A model generated the notes under the pieces. The model was not told the DNA's origin. It did no database searches and saw only the letters and a list, made by a program, of their open reading frames with translations. A stretch of 32,000 bases of DNA from Cystobacter fuscus (GTDB taxonomy: Bacteria > Myxococcota > Myxococcia > Myxococcales > Myxococcaceae): NCBI RefSeq assembly GCF_044360685.1, contig NZ_CP043491.1:3916026-3948025 (forward strand). Direction: 5' to 3'. The translations under genes and the position numbers were made by a program. This document shows positions 1 through 11,262 of this stretch, piece by piece; the stretch's first letter is position 1; the number at the start of each line of letters is the position of its first letter.

Positions 1-1
1 T

Positions 2-184
2 ACCTATCCCAACGCCAACTGTCTGGCCTGCCACGCCACCGCGCCCACCTTCACCCGGGTGGACAGTCACAAGGCGTTGAGGACGCAGCTCGCGAATGAC
101 GAGATGAGCTGCTTCACGTGTCACGGGCTGCCGCACCCGGCCCGGCCGACTCGCGCCCCCACCCGTGTCACCACGAACCCGTGA
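2..184 (+). CDS. C-terminal fragment of a multihaem c-type cytochrome (5-prime end lies outside the window)
   Basis: Frame 2 is open from the window edge: TYPNANCLACHATAPTFTRVDSHKALRTQLANDEMSCFTCHGLPHPARPTRAPTRVTTNP*. It has two CxxCH haem-attachment motifs (CLACH, CFTCH) and a TGA at 182-184. It is absent from the ORF track because it has no start codon in the window. Confidence 0.6.
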   Translation, partial: TYPNANCLACHATAPTFTRVDSHKALRTQLANDEMSCFTCHGLPHPARPTRAPTRVTTNP

Positions 185-390
185 GCCGCTCCATGCCCTC
201 GTCCGACACGCTCACCCGCGCCGCCGTCGTGCTCTGCGTGGCGGGCCTGCTGTTGATGCTGCCCATCCTCTCCTCCATCCGCGCCAGCTTCGTGGGCTTC
301 TACATGCTGGGCAGTCTGCTGCTCCTGGTGTCCATCACACTGTACGTGGTGGCCGTGGTGCGCGAGCTGCGCCGCGGCGGCGCGCTGTAG
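181..390 (+). CDS. small predicted two-helix membrane protein (about 65-69 aa)
   Basis: Part of track ORF 118-390. Two hydrophobic stretches are present (AAVVLCVAGLLLMLPILSSI and FYMLGSLLLLVSITLYVVAVV). The GTG at 181 overlaps the upstream TGA (GTGA); the alternative start is ATG 193. Third-position GC bias looks coding-like, but I recognise no family. Confidence 0.4.
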   Translation: MSRSMPSSDTLTRAAVVLCVAGLLLMLPILSSIRASFVGFYMLGSLLLLVSITLYVVAVVRELRRGGAL

Positions 391-443
391 GCACGGCGCC
401 CCTCCGCCTCGCGAAGACAAAAGCGCGCCGCTCTACCTGCTGG

Positions 444-475
444 CCGGGCGGCAGGCGCGTGCACCTGCCGCCCGG
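444..475. terminator. perfect 12-bp-stem hairpin between convergent genes (candidate bidirectional terminator)
   Basis: ccgggcggcagg (444-455), loop cgcgtgca, cctgccgcccgg (464-475). It lies between the stop at 390 (+) and the stop at 483 (-). There is no clear U-tract. Confidence 0.5.
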
Positions 476-482
476 TGGAACC

Positions 483-3400
483 TCAGTGCGGCACCTCGGC
501 GTACAGGCCGGTCACCTCGGTGTCACTGAACGCGCGGCCGAAGGCCTGTACCTCGTCGATCGACCCGGCCCAGTAGTCGGTGTTGCCGCCGGCGTACTTC
601 GCGCGTCCGATCGCCAGCGGTCCGGTACTCACCTCCGCTGTGCCAGCCGTGACGGTCGCCTGCCGGACGCCGTCGACGTACAGCCTCTGCTCGTTGCCGG
701 CCCGGACGCCGACGAGGTGGTACCAGCGGCCGAGTTGCGGCGTCACGACGTACCTGGCGCGTTTCCCCCCGGGCGTGCTGAAGGCGAACGCGCCCTGACC
801 GTACTGCAGGTAGAACGGGTTCTCCGTGCGGCGGCCGTCCTGGCTGACCGCCGTGGCGTAGTTGCCCGGCAGCTTGTCGAGCGTCACCCACGCGGAGATC
901 GTGTAGTCGCCGCGCGTGTCCAGCACCGGGCTGACGGTTTCGGCGAAGTCGCCGTTTCCGTCGAAGCGCAGCGCCTGTCCGCGGATCCCGGCCACCCAGG
1001 CGGTGTTGTCGCGCAGCGCCACGTCGCTGTGCCCGTTGGTGGTGTCATGGCCCACCGTGCCGCTGCCCTCGTCGAGCGGCCAGCTCCCGAGGCCGGGGAA
1101 CGTCGCGTCCTCGCCCGCCTTGGCTCCCGCGGCGATCACCCGCAGGTTGATCTCACGCACCGGCCCCGGGTCGACCTTCAGCACTCGCCGGTCGTAGGTG
1201 TAGAAGCCGTTGAGCTCGTTCTCCAGGTCGGTGACCTGGGTGTAGATCGAGCCGGACAGCTCCGCCCCTGCGGCGGCCAGGTAATAGGTCTGGGTGTTCT
1301 CGACGTACTTCCTGGTCAGTGCCGCCTTGTCCGCCACCCCGCTGTAGATGACCGTCGGCGCGCCCGGCCACATGTGGCCCGGCGTGCGCAGGGTGAACCC
1401 ACCGTGCTCGCCGTCCATGGCCGCACGCGTGAGGTCCGGGTAGGGCGGGCTGTTGTTGCCGTAATCGTGGTGGTCGATGACGTCACCCCTGCCGGAGTCG
1501 CCCTTGGAGTCGCAGCAGTTCACTCCGCTGTGCGCGTTGATCACCCGCGACGGGTCGGCGGCCTTGACCTGATCGGCGATCCGGCCGGTCTCCTCCCGGT
1601 TCCACTCGCCCCAGCCCTCGTTGAAGATCACCCAGATCGCGATGGACGGCGAGTTGTGCAACTGCTCCATCATGCGGAGGCCCTCGGAGAAGAACGCCTG
1701 CTGACCCTCCGTGTTCGTGATGGTCCCGGAGACGAAGTCCTGCCACACCAGCAGGCCGAGCTGGTCCGCGTGGTAGTACCAGCGCGCCGGCTCCACCTTG
1801 ATGTGCTTGCGGACGGAGTTGAACCCGAGGTCCTTCTGCACCTGGAGGTCCCAGCGCAGGGCCGCGTCGGTGGGCGCGGTGTTGAGCCCGTCGGGCCAGA
1901 AGCCCTGGTCCAGCATGGCGAGGGAGAAGACCGGCTTGCCGTTGAGCACCAGCTTCGGGAAGCCGCCCACGTTCTGGATCCCCACCGAGCGCATTCCGAA
2001 GTAGCTGCCGACGGTGTCGGTGCTCTGCCCCTCGGTGAGGGTGACGTCGAGCTTGTAGAGGTACGGATCGTCCGGCGTCCACAGGTGCGGCTTCTCCACC
2101 GGCAGCGTGAGCCGGGTGTTGGCCTTGCCGGTGATGGTGCCGACCACGTTGCCGTCGGTGTCACGGGCCACGGCGGTGACGCTGGCGTCGGGCGAGGCCG
2201 ACGCGGAACGGGCCTCCACGGAGAGCGTGCCCGTCTGGATGTCCGGCGTGGTCACGAGGCCGTCGATCGCCACGTTGGGCACCGGCTCCAGCCACACGGT
2301 CTGCCAGATGCCCGAGGACGGCGTGTAGAAGATGCCGCCCGGCCGGGAGGACTGCTTTCCGCGCGGCTGGTTGGCCCCCGTGGTGTCGGTGACCGCGACG
2401 AAGATCTCCTGCTCACCCGAACCACTCAGGGCGCTGGTGATGTCGGCGGTGAACGCGGTGTAGCCGCCACGGTGCTCGGCGACCTGCTTGCCGTTGACCC
2501 ACACCCGAGCGTGGTAGTCCACCGCGCCGAAGTTCAGCAGGAGCCGCTGCCCGGCGCCGATCCGCCAGGACTCGGGAACGGTGACGAGCTTGCGGTAGAA
2601 CATGTGGTCCTCATGGCGCTCCAGCCCGGAGAGCTGGGACTCCACCGGGAACGGCACGATGATGCTTTCCGGCAGCTTCTTGCCGAACACCGGCTGCTGG
2701 CCCGCGGCCGCGCCGGCGAACTCCCACGGGCCGTTGAGGTTGAGCCACTGCTCGCGGACCTGCTGCGGCCTTGGGTACTCGGGCAGTGGGTGGGCCGGGT
2801 CGACCTGGTCTGCCCACTCGGTGCGCAGCCTTTGGGTCGAGCCGTTGATGGCGTAACGGATGAGCTTGGGCACCTCCTCACCGTCCAGGCGCAGGCCAGC
2901 GGCGCCGTCGTAGGAGACGCGGACGCGCTGTCCGCGAAGGGCCGGCTCGGAGAGGGTGACCTCGACGGTGGACGGGTTGTTGGCGGCGATGGCGGCCGAG
3001 GTCAGCGGCACCGGGACGGTGTCGACCTCCACCACCAGGTGCGGCACCAGGTCGCCGAGCGCGGAGACCGTCTTGGCGAAGTCGAGCGTCAGCCGGCGGC
3101 CGTCCTCTCCGACGGAGAGGCTGACCGGGTAGACCTCGAAGTCGGCCGGCGGGGTGAACGCCGTGGTCGGCACGAGTTGCTTGCCGAGGGTGGCGCTCGA
3201 CCACCGCAGGAAGATGTTCGCGCCGCCGACGTCCTGGAACATCTCCAGCCGGAAGTCGTGTGCCTCGCCCGCGACGAGGTGCACCGGCTCGCTGTTCTTC
3301 TCGACGTCCCAGACGTCGGGGTTCCAGTGGTCGATCACCGGTTTTCCGTCGAGGAACAGCCGGAAGCCATTGTCTCCGATCGCGGAGAACGTGTAGTCGC

Positions 3401-3764
3401 CGGTCTCCGGCGCGGTGATCCGGCCGGTCCATCGGGCCGTGGTGTTCTCGGAGCGGCCGACCAGCGTCTGGAACATGGACTCCAGACCGGGGAAGTCGAT
3501 GTTCGGCTCCAGCACGACCGCGCCGAGCTGGGCGAAGTCACGGACTTTGGGCGCCGACATGCGGAAGTATTCGCCCTTGAGTCCGTGCACCTCTATCGGG
3601 GTCGATGCATCCGGAGTCGATGCATCCGGAGTCGACGCATCCGGAGTCGACGCATCCGGAGTCGACGCATCCGGGGGTGGTGGCGTGCAGCCAATCAGCG
3701 GTAGCTGCACGAAGGCGAGTGACAACAGGACCAGGGCGAGCGGCCTGAACTTGGGGCGTAACAT
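483..3764 (-). CDS. lipoprotein glycoside hydrolase family 2 enzyme with N-terminal PA14 domain and C-terminal LamG/concanavalin-like domain
   Basis: Track ORF 483-3884, trimmed to ATG 3764 (MLRPKFRPLALVLLSLAFVQLPLIGC; signal peptide with lipobox LIGC). PA14-like block: GLKGEYF...TARWTGRITAPETGDYTFSAIGDNGFRLFLDG...FLRWS. GH2 TIM-barrel motifs: NSVRKHIKVEPARWYYHADQLGLLVWQDF and WVIFNEGWGE (NE acid/base). C-terminal LamG-like block: LRFDGNGDFAE...YHLVGV...LYVDG...IDEVQAF. Confidence 0.9.
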   Translation of the reverse strand: MLRPKFRPLALVLLSLAFVQLPLIGCTPPPPDASTPDASTPDASTPDASTPDASTPIEVHGLKGEYFRMSAPKVRDFAQLGAVVLEPNIDFPGLESMFQTLVGRSENTTARWTGRITAPETGDYTFSAIGDNGFRLFLDGKPVIDHWNPDVWDVEKNSEPVHLVAGEAHDFRLEMFQDVGGANIFLRWSSATLGKQLVPTTAFTPPADFEVYPVSLSVGEDGRRLTLDFAKTVSALGDLVPHLVVEVDTVPVPLTSAAIAANNPSTVEVTLSEPALRGQRVRVSYDGAAGLRLDGEEVPKLIRYAINGSTQRLRTEWADQVDPAHPLPEYPRPQQVREQWLNLNGPWEFAGAAAGQQPVFGKKLPESIIVPFPVESQLSGLERHEDHMFYRKLVTVPESWRIGAGQRLLLNFGAVDYHARVWVNGKQVAEHRGGYTAFTADITSALSGSGEQEIFVAVTDTTGANQPRGKQSSRPGGIFYTPSSGIWQTVWLEPVPNVAIDGLVTTPDIQTGTLSVEARSASASPDASVTAVARDTDGNVVGTITGKANTRLTLPVEKPHLWTPDDPYLYKLDVTLTEGQSTDTVGSYFGMRSVGIQNVGGFPKLVLNGKPVFSLAMLDQGFWPDGLNTAPTDAALRWDLQVQKDLGFNSVRKHIKVEPARWYYHADQLGLLVWQDFVSGTITNTEGQQAFFSEGLRMMEQLHNSPSIAIWVIFNEGWGEWNREETGRIADQVKAADPSRVINAHSGVNCCDSKGDSGRGDVIDHHDYGNNSPPYPDLTRAAMDGEHGGFTLRTPGHMWPGAPTVIYSGVADKAALTRKYVENTQTYYLAAAGAELSGSIYTQVTDLENELNGFYTYDRRVLKVDPGPVREINLRVIAAGAKAGEDATFPGLGSWPLDEGSGTVGHDTTNGHSDVALRDNTAWVAGIRGQALRFDGNGDFAETVSPVLDTRGDYTISAWVTLDKLPGNYATAVSQDGRRTENPFYLQYGQGAFAFSTPGGKRARYVVTPQLGRWYHLVGVRAGNEQRLYVDGVRQATVTAGTAEVSTGPLAIGRAKYAGGNTDYWAGSIDEVQAFGRAFSDTEVTGLYAEVPH
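3601..3675 (-). repeat. 15-bp tandem repeat x5 inside the GH2 gene, encoding (PDAST)x5
   Basis: gtcgaYgcatccgga repeated five times head to tail (two copies with gat, three with gac). It translates to PDASTPDASTPDASTPDASTPDAST immediately after the lipobox Cys and a PPPP run. Confidence 0.95.
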
Positions 3765-3774
3765 GGCGTCCCTT

Positions 3775-3793
3775 CTTGAACTGGCTTGAACTG
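3775..3793 (-). promoter_or_regulatory. 9-bp direct repeat (CAGTTCAAG x2, 1-nt spacer) 10 nt upstream of the GH2 start codon
   Basis: Plus strand has cttgaactg g cttgaactg. The minus strand reads CAGTTCAAGcCAGTTCAAGaagggacgccATG, so the repeat abuts the AAGGGA Shine-Dalgarno-like element. Confidence 0.3.
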
Positions 3794-3962
3794 TCGTTGG
3801 GGTCAGGGGGGCGCAGCTTGGACAGGAAAGGACCAGAATGTCCATCACGAGCGAGACAGCCCGGTGACACGTTGCGGCAGACACGTGAGGACTGGCCGAT
3901 TCCAGATCAGCCCCCGCTGTTGCTGAAGCCGGTCAGCATGGAGGCTCGGAGGAGAGGCTGAT

Positions 3963-4622
3963 TCACTCCTTGTCCGCGTCGACCGGCCGATTGGGAATCA
4001 GGTGGTTCTTGAACCCCTGCCCGAGCAGGTACCGCCAAGACTCAAGAATGTCTCGAGGGAGGACATGCTCGGCCTGAAAGCCCAATTTCGGATACTCGAT
4101 GATGCGATGGAGGTCTCCGACCATCTCATCGATCACGCCCAACACACCCACGATGTTCGACACCTCCTCGGGAAAACCGATCGCGGGACAGTCCACCTGG
4201 ACCTTGATGCCCGGCCAGTGGACGGCGGCCGTCAGGAGCACCCGCAGGACGGAGTTGGGCTTGGTGATGAACGTCACCGTCCTGGCGTGCGGTACCAGCT
4301 GCCTCGAGAACGAGATGTTCTCCCCGAAGTGGGTCGCGCGCTCCTCGAGGATGACCGAGGACTCGGCCACCCCCGCCGCCCGGGCCCGGGCCAGGAAGAC
4401 CTGGGCCTCCGGCTTGCTCCACAGATGCCGCGTCCAATTGCCGGTGTTGCCGCTGAGCACCAACTGCCTGGCCAACCCACTTCCGAGGAGCTCACAGGCG
4501 TAGTCGCACACGCGAAGATCGTACGAGCAACAGACCACCGCGACATCACATGGCGCCCTCGTCTTGAACGAGGACATGTACTCCCAGAGCCGAAGTGCGT
4601 GCTGCATCGTCAGTGTCGACAT
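3963..4622 (-). CDS. DUF218 / YdcF-like (ElyC/SanA superfamily) protein
   Basis: Track ORF 3963-4649 (TTG start), trimmed to ATG 4622, which is preceded by GGGGGAG. The sequence pattern (DVAVVCCSYDLRV...LVLSGNTGNWT...EERATHFGENISFS...FITKP) matches my recollection of the YdcF/DUF218 Rossmann-like fold. It starts 27 nt downstream of the MFS stop. Confidence 0.7.
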   Translation of the reverse strand: MSTLTMQHALRLWEYMSSFKTRAPCDVAVVCCSYDLRVCDYACELLGSGLARQLVLSGNTGNWTRHLWSKPEAQVFLARARAAGVAESSVILEERATHFGENISFSRQLVPHARTVTFITKPNSVLRVLLTAAVHWPGIKVQVDCPAIGFPEEVSNIVGVLGVIDEMVGDLHRIIEYPKLGFQAEHVLPRDILESWRYLLGQGFKNHLIPNRPVDADKE

Positions 4623-4649
4623 GTGGCTCCCCCAGGGGGTAGAGGCCAA

Positions 4650-6122
4650 CTATCTGGACACAGCGGGGCCGCTTTCGTCCACGACGGTCTTGAGCACCTC
4701 CGGTTGCTTGCGGATTCCCAGGCTGAGCGGCACGGCCACCAGCGCGACGAGCGTGGCCACCAGGTAGACGTCGTTGATGCCCTCCACGAACGAGAACAAC
4801 TCGATATGACGGCGCTCCGTCATCCCCTGGCTCACGAGCACCTCGGCCTCCCGGGCCGTGAAGGTGGACAGGAGCGACGTGAAGATGGCGATCGAGAACG
4901 CCCCGAACACGTTTCTCAACCAGTTGCTGATGGAGGAGGCGTGGCCGCTCAGCTCGCGGGGAATCTGCTCCATGCCCGCGTTGCTGGCCGGCATCATGGA
5001 GAGCGAGATTCCCACGTTCCGCACCACCATCCATACCAACATGTAGGATTGTGAAACCTCCGGCGTCAAACGGCTCAAGGCATACGTGCCTCCCGCGATC
5101 AGCAGCACGCCGGTCGTCATGAGCGTGCTCGGCCCGATCGGGCCATACATGCGCCCAACGAAGGGCATCAGGAGCGCCATGGCCAGGGAGGCCGGAAGGA
5201 GGAGCAATCCGGTCTGAAGCGGCGTCACGCCCTGGATCTTCTGCAGGAACACCGGCACGAGGAACGCGCCCGAGTACAGGCTGATCGTGATGATGCTCGA
5301 GATGAGCAGCGTCACCAGATAGCGGCCGTTCGCGAGCACACGCAGATCGAGCAGCGGAGCGCTCGTCCTCAACTCCCTGACGACGAAGACGATCAGTGAC
5401 ACCGTCCCGAGCACGAACAGGGACACGGTCTTCGCATGCGTCCAGCTCCAGCCCCTCCCCTGGCTCAGGGCGATCAGCAGCGACAGGGTGCCGGTGATGA
5501 CGGTGAGCAGTCCGGGGAGATCGAAGGCCTTCGGGGCCTGCAAGCGATAGAAGGGAATGGTCCGCAGGGCCAGGCCCACGGCGACGAGGCCGAGCGGAAC
5601 GTTGATGAAGAACAACCACCGCCAGTTGCCCAGGGTGATCAACCAGCCCGCGAAGGTCGGCCCGAACGCGGGCGCGAGGCTCGCCGACAGGCTCCAGAGA
5701 CTGGCGGCCAGCGCCTGCCGTTCCCGGGGAAGGACCTGGTAGATGAGCGTCATGGTCACGGGCATGATGGCGCCGCAGAACGCGCCCTGCAGGAACCGGA
5801 AGGCCACGAGCGAGCCCGCATCCCAGGCCAACCCACACAGCACGGACGCCAGGGTGAAGCCCACCAGGTTGGCCACGTACACCCATTTGAAACTGAAGCG
5901 CCCACCGAGATAGCCGGTGAGCGGCGCGCTCGTGCCCATGGCGAGCATGAAGCCCGTCAGGGTCCATTGCAGCAGGGAGAGGTCGGCTCCGAAATACCGC
6001 TGCAATTCGGGAATGGCGATCGTGATCGTACTGGAACTCAGCACGGACATGAACGACCCGGCGAAGAGGGCGAACATGAACGGCCAGAAGCGGATGGCTC
6101 GTGGCTCTTCTGATGGGTGCAT
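4650..6122 (-). CDS. MFS transporter, DHA2 (EmrB/QacA-like, 14-TMS) drug:H+ antiporter family
   Basis: Track ORF 4650-6287, trimmed to ATG 6122 (MHPSEEPRAIRFWPFMFALFAGSFMSVL). Typical DHA2 N-terminal motifs are present (LSSSTITIAIPELQRYFG, WTLTGFMLAMGTSAPLTGYLGGRF, FRFLQGAFCGAIMP), with many hydrophobic segments along about 490 aa. Confidence 0.9.
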   Translation of the reverse strand: MHPSEEPRAIRFWPFMFALFAGSFMSVLSSSTITIAIPELQRYFGADLSLLQWTLTGFMLAMGTSAPLTGYLGGRFSFKWVYVANLVGFTLASVLCGLAWDAGSLVAFRFLQGAFCGAIMPVTMTLIYQVLPRERQALAASLWSLSASLAPAFGPTFAGWLITLGNWRWLFFINVPLGLVAVGLALRTIPFYRLQAPKAFDLPGLLTVITGTLSLLIALSQGRGWSWTHAKTVSLFVLGTVSLIVFVVRELRTSAPLLDLRVLANGRYLVTLLISSIITISLYSGAFLVPVFLQKIQGVTPLQTGLLLLPASLAMALLMPFVGRMYGPIGPSTLMTTGVLLIAGGTYALSRLTPEVSQSYMLVWMVVRNVGISLSMMPASNAGMEQIPRELSGHASSISNWLRNVFGAFSIAIFTSLLSTFTAREAEVLVSQGMTERRHIELFSFVEGINDVYLVATLVALVAVPLSLGIRKQPEVLKTVVDESGPAVSR

Positions 6123-6133
6123 GGGGCGGGCTA

Positions 6134-7363
6134 TTACCAGACCAGCGGCAGGCTCGCGATCGCCAGGTTGAAGCCACCCACGAACCGGGGCTTCTTCTCG
6201 GGATCCAAACGGAACGGCGGCACGCGCTTCAACCACTCCTGGTAGAACACCTTCATCTCCAGGCGGGCCAGGTTCAGACCGACGCACCGGTGCGGACCCG
6301 TGTTGAACGTCTGGTGCTGCTCCTTGCGGCCCAGGATGAACTGCTCGGGGTTGGGGAACGCCGCGTCATCGTAGTTGGCCGCGGGCAGGAGCAACGACAC
6401 CGTGTCGCCCTTCTTGAATTGGACGCCATGGCAGACCTCGTCGCGCATCACCTGCCGGACCGTGGACGCGATGCCATAGAGCCGCAGCAGCTCCTCGATG
6501 GCTCCGGGCAGGAGGCTGGGGTCGGCCCGGAGCTTCGCCTGCAACTCCTGATCGCGCGCCAGGTGCCGGACGCCAAAGCTCAGGGCATTCACCACGGTCT
6601 CCAGCCCGCCGAGGAACAAGGCGATGCTGTAGCCCAACATCTCCTGGAACGTGGGGTGGCGGCCGTCGATGTTCGCGTCGAGCAGATGGCTGATCAGATC
6701 CTCCTCGCGCTTCTCCTGCCGGGCCTTGATGGTCTCCGCCAGGATTCCCGCGATGCGTTTGAAGGTCGCCTCCCGGTCCGCGGGAGTCACCGTGGCGGAC
6801 GTCGCCTGGGTGGCCAGGTGACGGAACTCCGCCAGGCGGTCGGTCGGCATGCCCGCCAGCTTCATGAACAACGTGACGGGCAGCGGCTCGGCGATGTCCG
6901 AGAGGAAGTCGCAGCGTCCCGCGGCGAGCACCTTGTCGATGAGCTCGTTCGTCATGTCCCGGATCGCCGTCTCGAGTCCGGCAACGGACTTGGCCGACAG
7001 CGGCTGGTTGAGCGGCGCCCGGTACGCGGTGTGCCGCGGCGGATCCGCCGCGATGGGCAGCAGCATCAATCCCGGCTGCGAGTCCTTGTGTTCCCCCGAG
7101 TTGTGCCCCGAGACGAGGAAGGCGTTGCTGTAGACCTCCGGGTTCATCGTGATGTCCACGATCGCCTTCTTGCGGGTGACCACCCAGTTGCCACCGTTAT
7201 ACGGGGTGAAGAAGATGGGCGGGGCCTCGAGGATGAGGGAGCGCATCCGGGCGTGAGGATCCTCGAGCAACCGCGGATCCCTGGCGTTGTCGTATTCGTA
7301 GACCAGCTCCGGCGGAACGTGCGCGGGAATCTTGTCCAATTTCTGTCCGCTAAAGGCGCTCAT
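6134..7363 (-). CDS. cytochrome P450 (class I, ferredoxin-dependent, P450cam-like)
   Basis: 409 aa. Cys-ligand loop FNTGPHRCVGLNLA, I-helix GGLETV, and ExxR (EELLR). The stop lies 11 nt upstream of the MFS start. Confidence 0.93.
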   Translation of the reverse strand: MSAFSGQKLDKIPAHVPPELVYEYDNARDPRLLEDPHARMRSLILEAPPIFFTPYNGGNWVVTRKKAIVDITMNPEVYSNAFLVSGHNSGEHKDSQPGLMLLPIAADPPRHTAYRAPLNQPLSAKSVAGLETAIRDMTNELIDKVLAAGRCDFLSDIAEPLPVTLFMKLAGMPTDRLAEFRHLATQATSATVTPADREATFKRIAGILAETIKARQEKREEDLISHLLDANIDGRHPTFQEMLGYSIALFLGGLETVVNALSFGVRHLARDQELQAKLRADPSLLPGAIEELLRLYGIASTVRQVMRDEVCHGVQFKKGDTVSLLLPAANYDDAAFPNPEQFILGRKEQHQTFNTGPHRCVGLNLARLEMKVFYQEWLKRVPPFRLDPEKKPRFVGGFNLAIASLPLVW

Positions 7364-7414
7364 GTTCGATCTCTTTGTGGTTGGAGGAGGAAGCGTGGAG
7401 CCCTGTCCGGGCTC

Positions 7415-7741
7415 TCACTCGCCCGTCTGCGAGACGGGAAGACGGACCACCATCCCATCCAGCGCGGGCGTCACCTTGATCTGACAGGTCAACCGGCTGT
7501 TGGGTTGCACGTGGAAGGCGCACTCGATCATCGCCTCTTCCGCCGCATCGGGCGGGGGGATCTTCGTCCGCCAGGCCTCATCCACGTAGCCGTGGCAGGT
7601 CGCGCAACTGGCGAAGCCTCCACACTCGGCGACGATTCCCGGCACGAGGTTGTTCAGCGCCGCCTGCATGACGGACTGTCCCTCCTGCGCCTCGACCTCG
7701 TGCTCCTTGCCATCCGCCTCGATGAACTTGATCTTCGTCAT
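7415..7741 (-). CDS. [2Fe-2S] ferredoxin, adrenodoxin/putidaredoxin type
   Basis: 108 aa. Cluster ligands CGGFASCATCH (C-x5-C-x2-C) plus a distal Cys in RLTCQIKV. The gene sits 51 nt upstream of the P450. Confidence 0.92.
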   Translation of the reverse strand: MTKIKFIEADGKEHEVEAQEGQSVMQAALNNLVPGIVAECGGFASCATCHGYVDEAWRTKIPPPDAAEEAMIECAFHVQPNSRLTCQIKVTPALDGMVVRLPVSQTGE

Positions 7742-7814
7742 GGTTCCTCTTGGATTCCTGCCGGGTGTTGACTGTCTTCAAGCGGCGATGCTGTTGAGCG
7801 GGACGGCCGCGTGG

Positions 7815-8596
7815 TCAGTTCATCCGCTCATGGGGGGCGCACAGCCGCGCGCTCACCTTGGACACGGGGGACGCCCAGTGGTTTTCGAACCAGAAGTCGA
7901 GGAACAGCGGGGACGCACGGCCACGGCGGTACGCGGCCCAGATCCGCTTCGCGTATTCCGAGTGAACGACGCCGGACTGCCGGTCCTTGAGTTGCTGGAA
8001 CGTGCCGAGCAGCACGATGAGCATCGCGGTCCTTATCCCCAGGTTGCCCAGGACGTACGCCTGCAGCTCTATCTCGCCGATCACGTCCGTGCCGTAGCCC
8101 GTCACCAGGTGCAACAGGTCATGCGTCTCGCGGTAGCGCTTGGAGATGTAGTCGAGGTCGTTCTTGAGCTCGAGCGTCGTCGCGAAGGGCGAGATCTTGT
8201 TGTCGCGGAAGTAGCGCGCGAACTCATGGCCGAGCGTTCCTTCCGGCAGGCGATCGAGCGCGTCCAGGTCCAGATCCTTGGCCTCCAGCGAAGGGCGTTT
8301 GGACAGCAGACGGCGCCCCTCCTCGCCGCGCTGGAGCTTCTGGATGAGCGAGGCGTAGACGTTGTAGTCCAGGCAGGCATTGAGCGTCTGGCCATAGACG
8401 GGATTGCCCTCGTCGCCCTTGACCAGTTTCAGCAGCTTGAGCGACAAGCTCAGGCGGGTGAACAGGGAGGCGTTTTCGGGCAGGATCAGGGTCTTGGGAT
8501 CGATCGCGGGATTGGCTTGCATGATGGGGTCCAGGGTAGGGGGTCCTACTTCTGCGACAAGCGGCTCATCTGGTTGGAGATGAGCCGCGTCGCACA

Positions 8597-8597
<1 letters not shown>
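7815..8597 (-). CDS. Coq4-family protein (HDxxH-x12-E metal-binding motif)
   Basis: Track ORF 7815-8951, trimmed to ATG 8597, which overlaps the BVMO stop by one nucleotide (TGATG). The alternative start is ATG 8522. The motif THDLLHLVTGYGTDVIGEIE equals the Coq4 HDxxH...E signature. Length is about 235-260 aa. Confidence 0.72.
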
Positions 8598-10414
<1,817 letters not shown>

Positions 10415-10530
10415 TCGCACATATCCTTTCGACTCGATAGGCGCTCGTTCAGCGTTCCCGGTTCCACGGGCACGCTCCCGAGCATTTCTCAATCACTGCT
10501 CACTTCGGTTGCTTCGGACGTCTGGCGAGG

Positions 10531-11253
10531 TCACCGCCGGGCGGTGACGGGGGCCAGCCACAAGCCGACGAGCGCGTCGACCAGTCCGGCCGCGGTGGAC
10601 TCCCACGTCGAGTGGGGCATCACGGTGCCCTCTTGCAGCGCCCGTTCCCGTTCGGCGCACAAGTGCACGACCATCAACCGGCCCATGTCGTTGCGCTCCT
10701 GCTTCACGTCCTCGGGGAGACGAGGGATCAACTGGAACATGCCTTCGAGGCCCTGTTGCAGCGACCGCGAGGCATACGCCTCGTCGGCCAGGAGCTTTCG
10801 ATAGGAGGGATGGGTCGTCACCTGGGTGATGAACCGCGCGTACCAGGAGGGGCTGCCCAGCGAGGCGAGATGCTCGGTGGTTGGCCGTACGAGGCAGGAC
10901 ACCCAGTCGCGCAGGTCGGGCGAGCCGTTGACCTGTGCGAGCATGTCCATACGCCGCCGCTCGATCGACTCGGAGTGCCGGCGCACGATGGCCACCACGA
11001 GCTCCTCCTTGGAGCCGAAGTGGTAGCCGACGGCGAAATTGTTCGACTGGCCCGCCGCCTCGCTCACCTGACGGTTGGAGACCACCTCCACTCCGTGCTC
11101 GGCGAACAGCCGCTCCGCGGTGACGAGGAGCAATTCGCGGGTCTCGCTGCCCCGGTCGGATTTGCCCGAGCTCACCCTCGCACCGGAACCTGTGTGCTGC
11201 CGTCGGCACTCATCATGACCTCCGGAGGGGAGAAGGCCCGTCCTCGAACTCAT
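10531..11253 (-). CDS. TetR/AcrR-family transcriptional regulator
   Basis: N-terminal HTH block RELLLVTAERLFAEHGVEVVSNRQVSEAAGQSNNFAVGYHFGSKEELV. Start is ATG 11253; the alternative is GTG 11175. It is the first gene of the co-directional string. Confidence 0.9.
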   Translation of the reverse strand: MSSRTGLLPSGGHDECRRQHTGSGARVSSGKSDRGSETRELLLVTAERLFAEHGVEVVSNRQVSEAAGQSNNFAVGYHFGSKEELVVAIVRRHSESIERRRMDMLAQVNGSPDLRDWVSCLVRPTTEHLASLGSPSWYARFITQVTTHPSYRKLLADEAYASRSLQQGLEGMFQLIPRLPEDVKQERNDMGRLMVVHLCAERERALQEGTVMPHSTWESTAAGLVDALVGLWLAPVTARR

Positions 11254-11262
11254 GGGAGAAGG

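Noticed and set aside
3601-3675. Regular 15-bp repeat array that could superficially look like a mini CRISPR or satellite.
   Set aside because: The units are contiguous with no spacers, are in frame, and encode (PDAST)x5 inside the GH2 lipoprotein. No cas genes or spacer-like unique segments occur anywhere in the window.
165-3704. 1179-aa plus-strand ORF covering the GH2 locus. Similar very long antisense ORFs occur at 22380-25400 (-), 27387-31217 (+), 17273-19225 (-), 14618-16498 (-), 12874-13986 (-), 4546-6177 (-), 6101-7771 (+), 8906-10804 (+), 19314-20831 (-) and 18847-20112 (-).
   Set aside because: These are typical high-GC shadow ORFs. Their translations are Arg/Gly/Ala/Pro/His-rich with no recognisable motifs. 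In every case the opposite strand or an alternative frame encodes a protein with clear family signatures.
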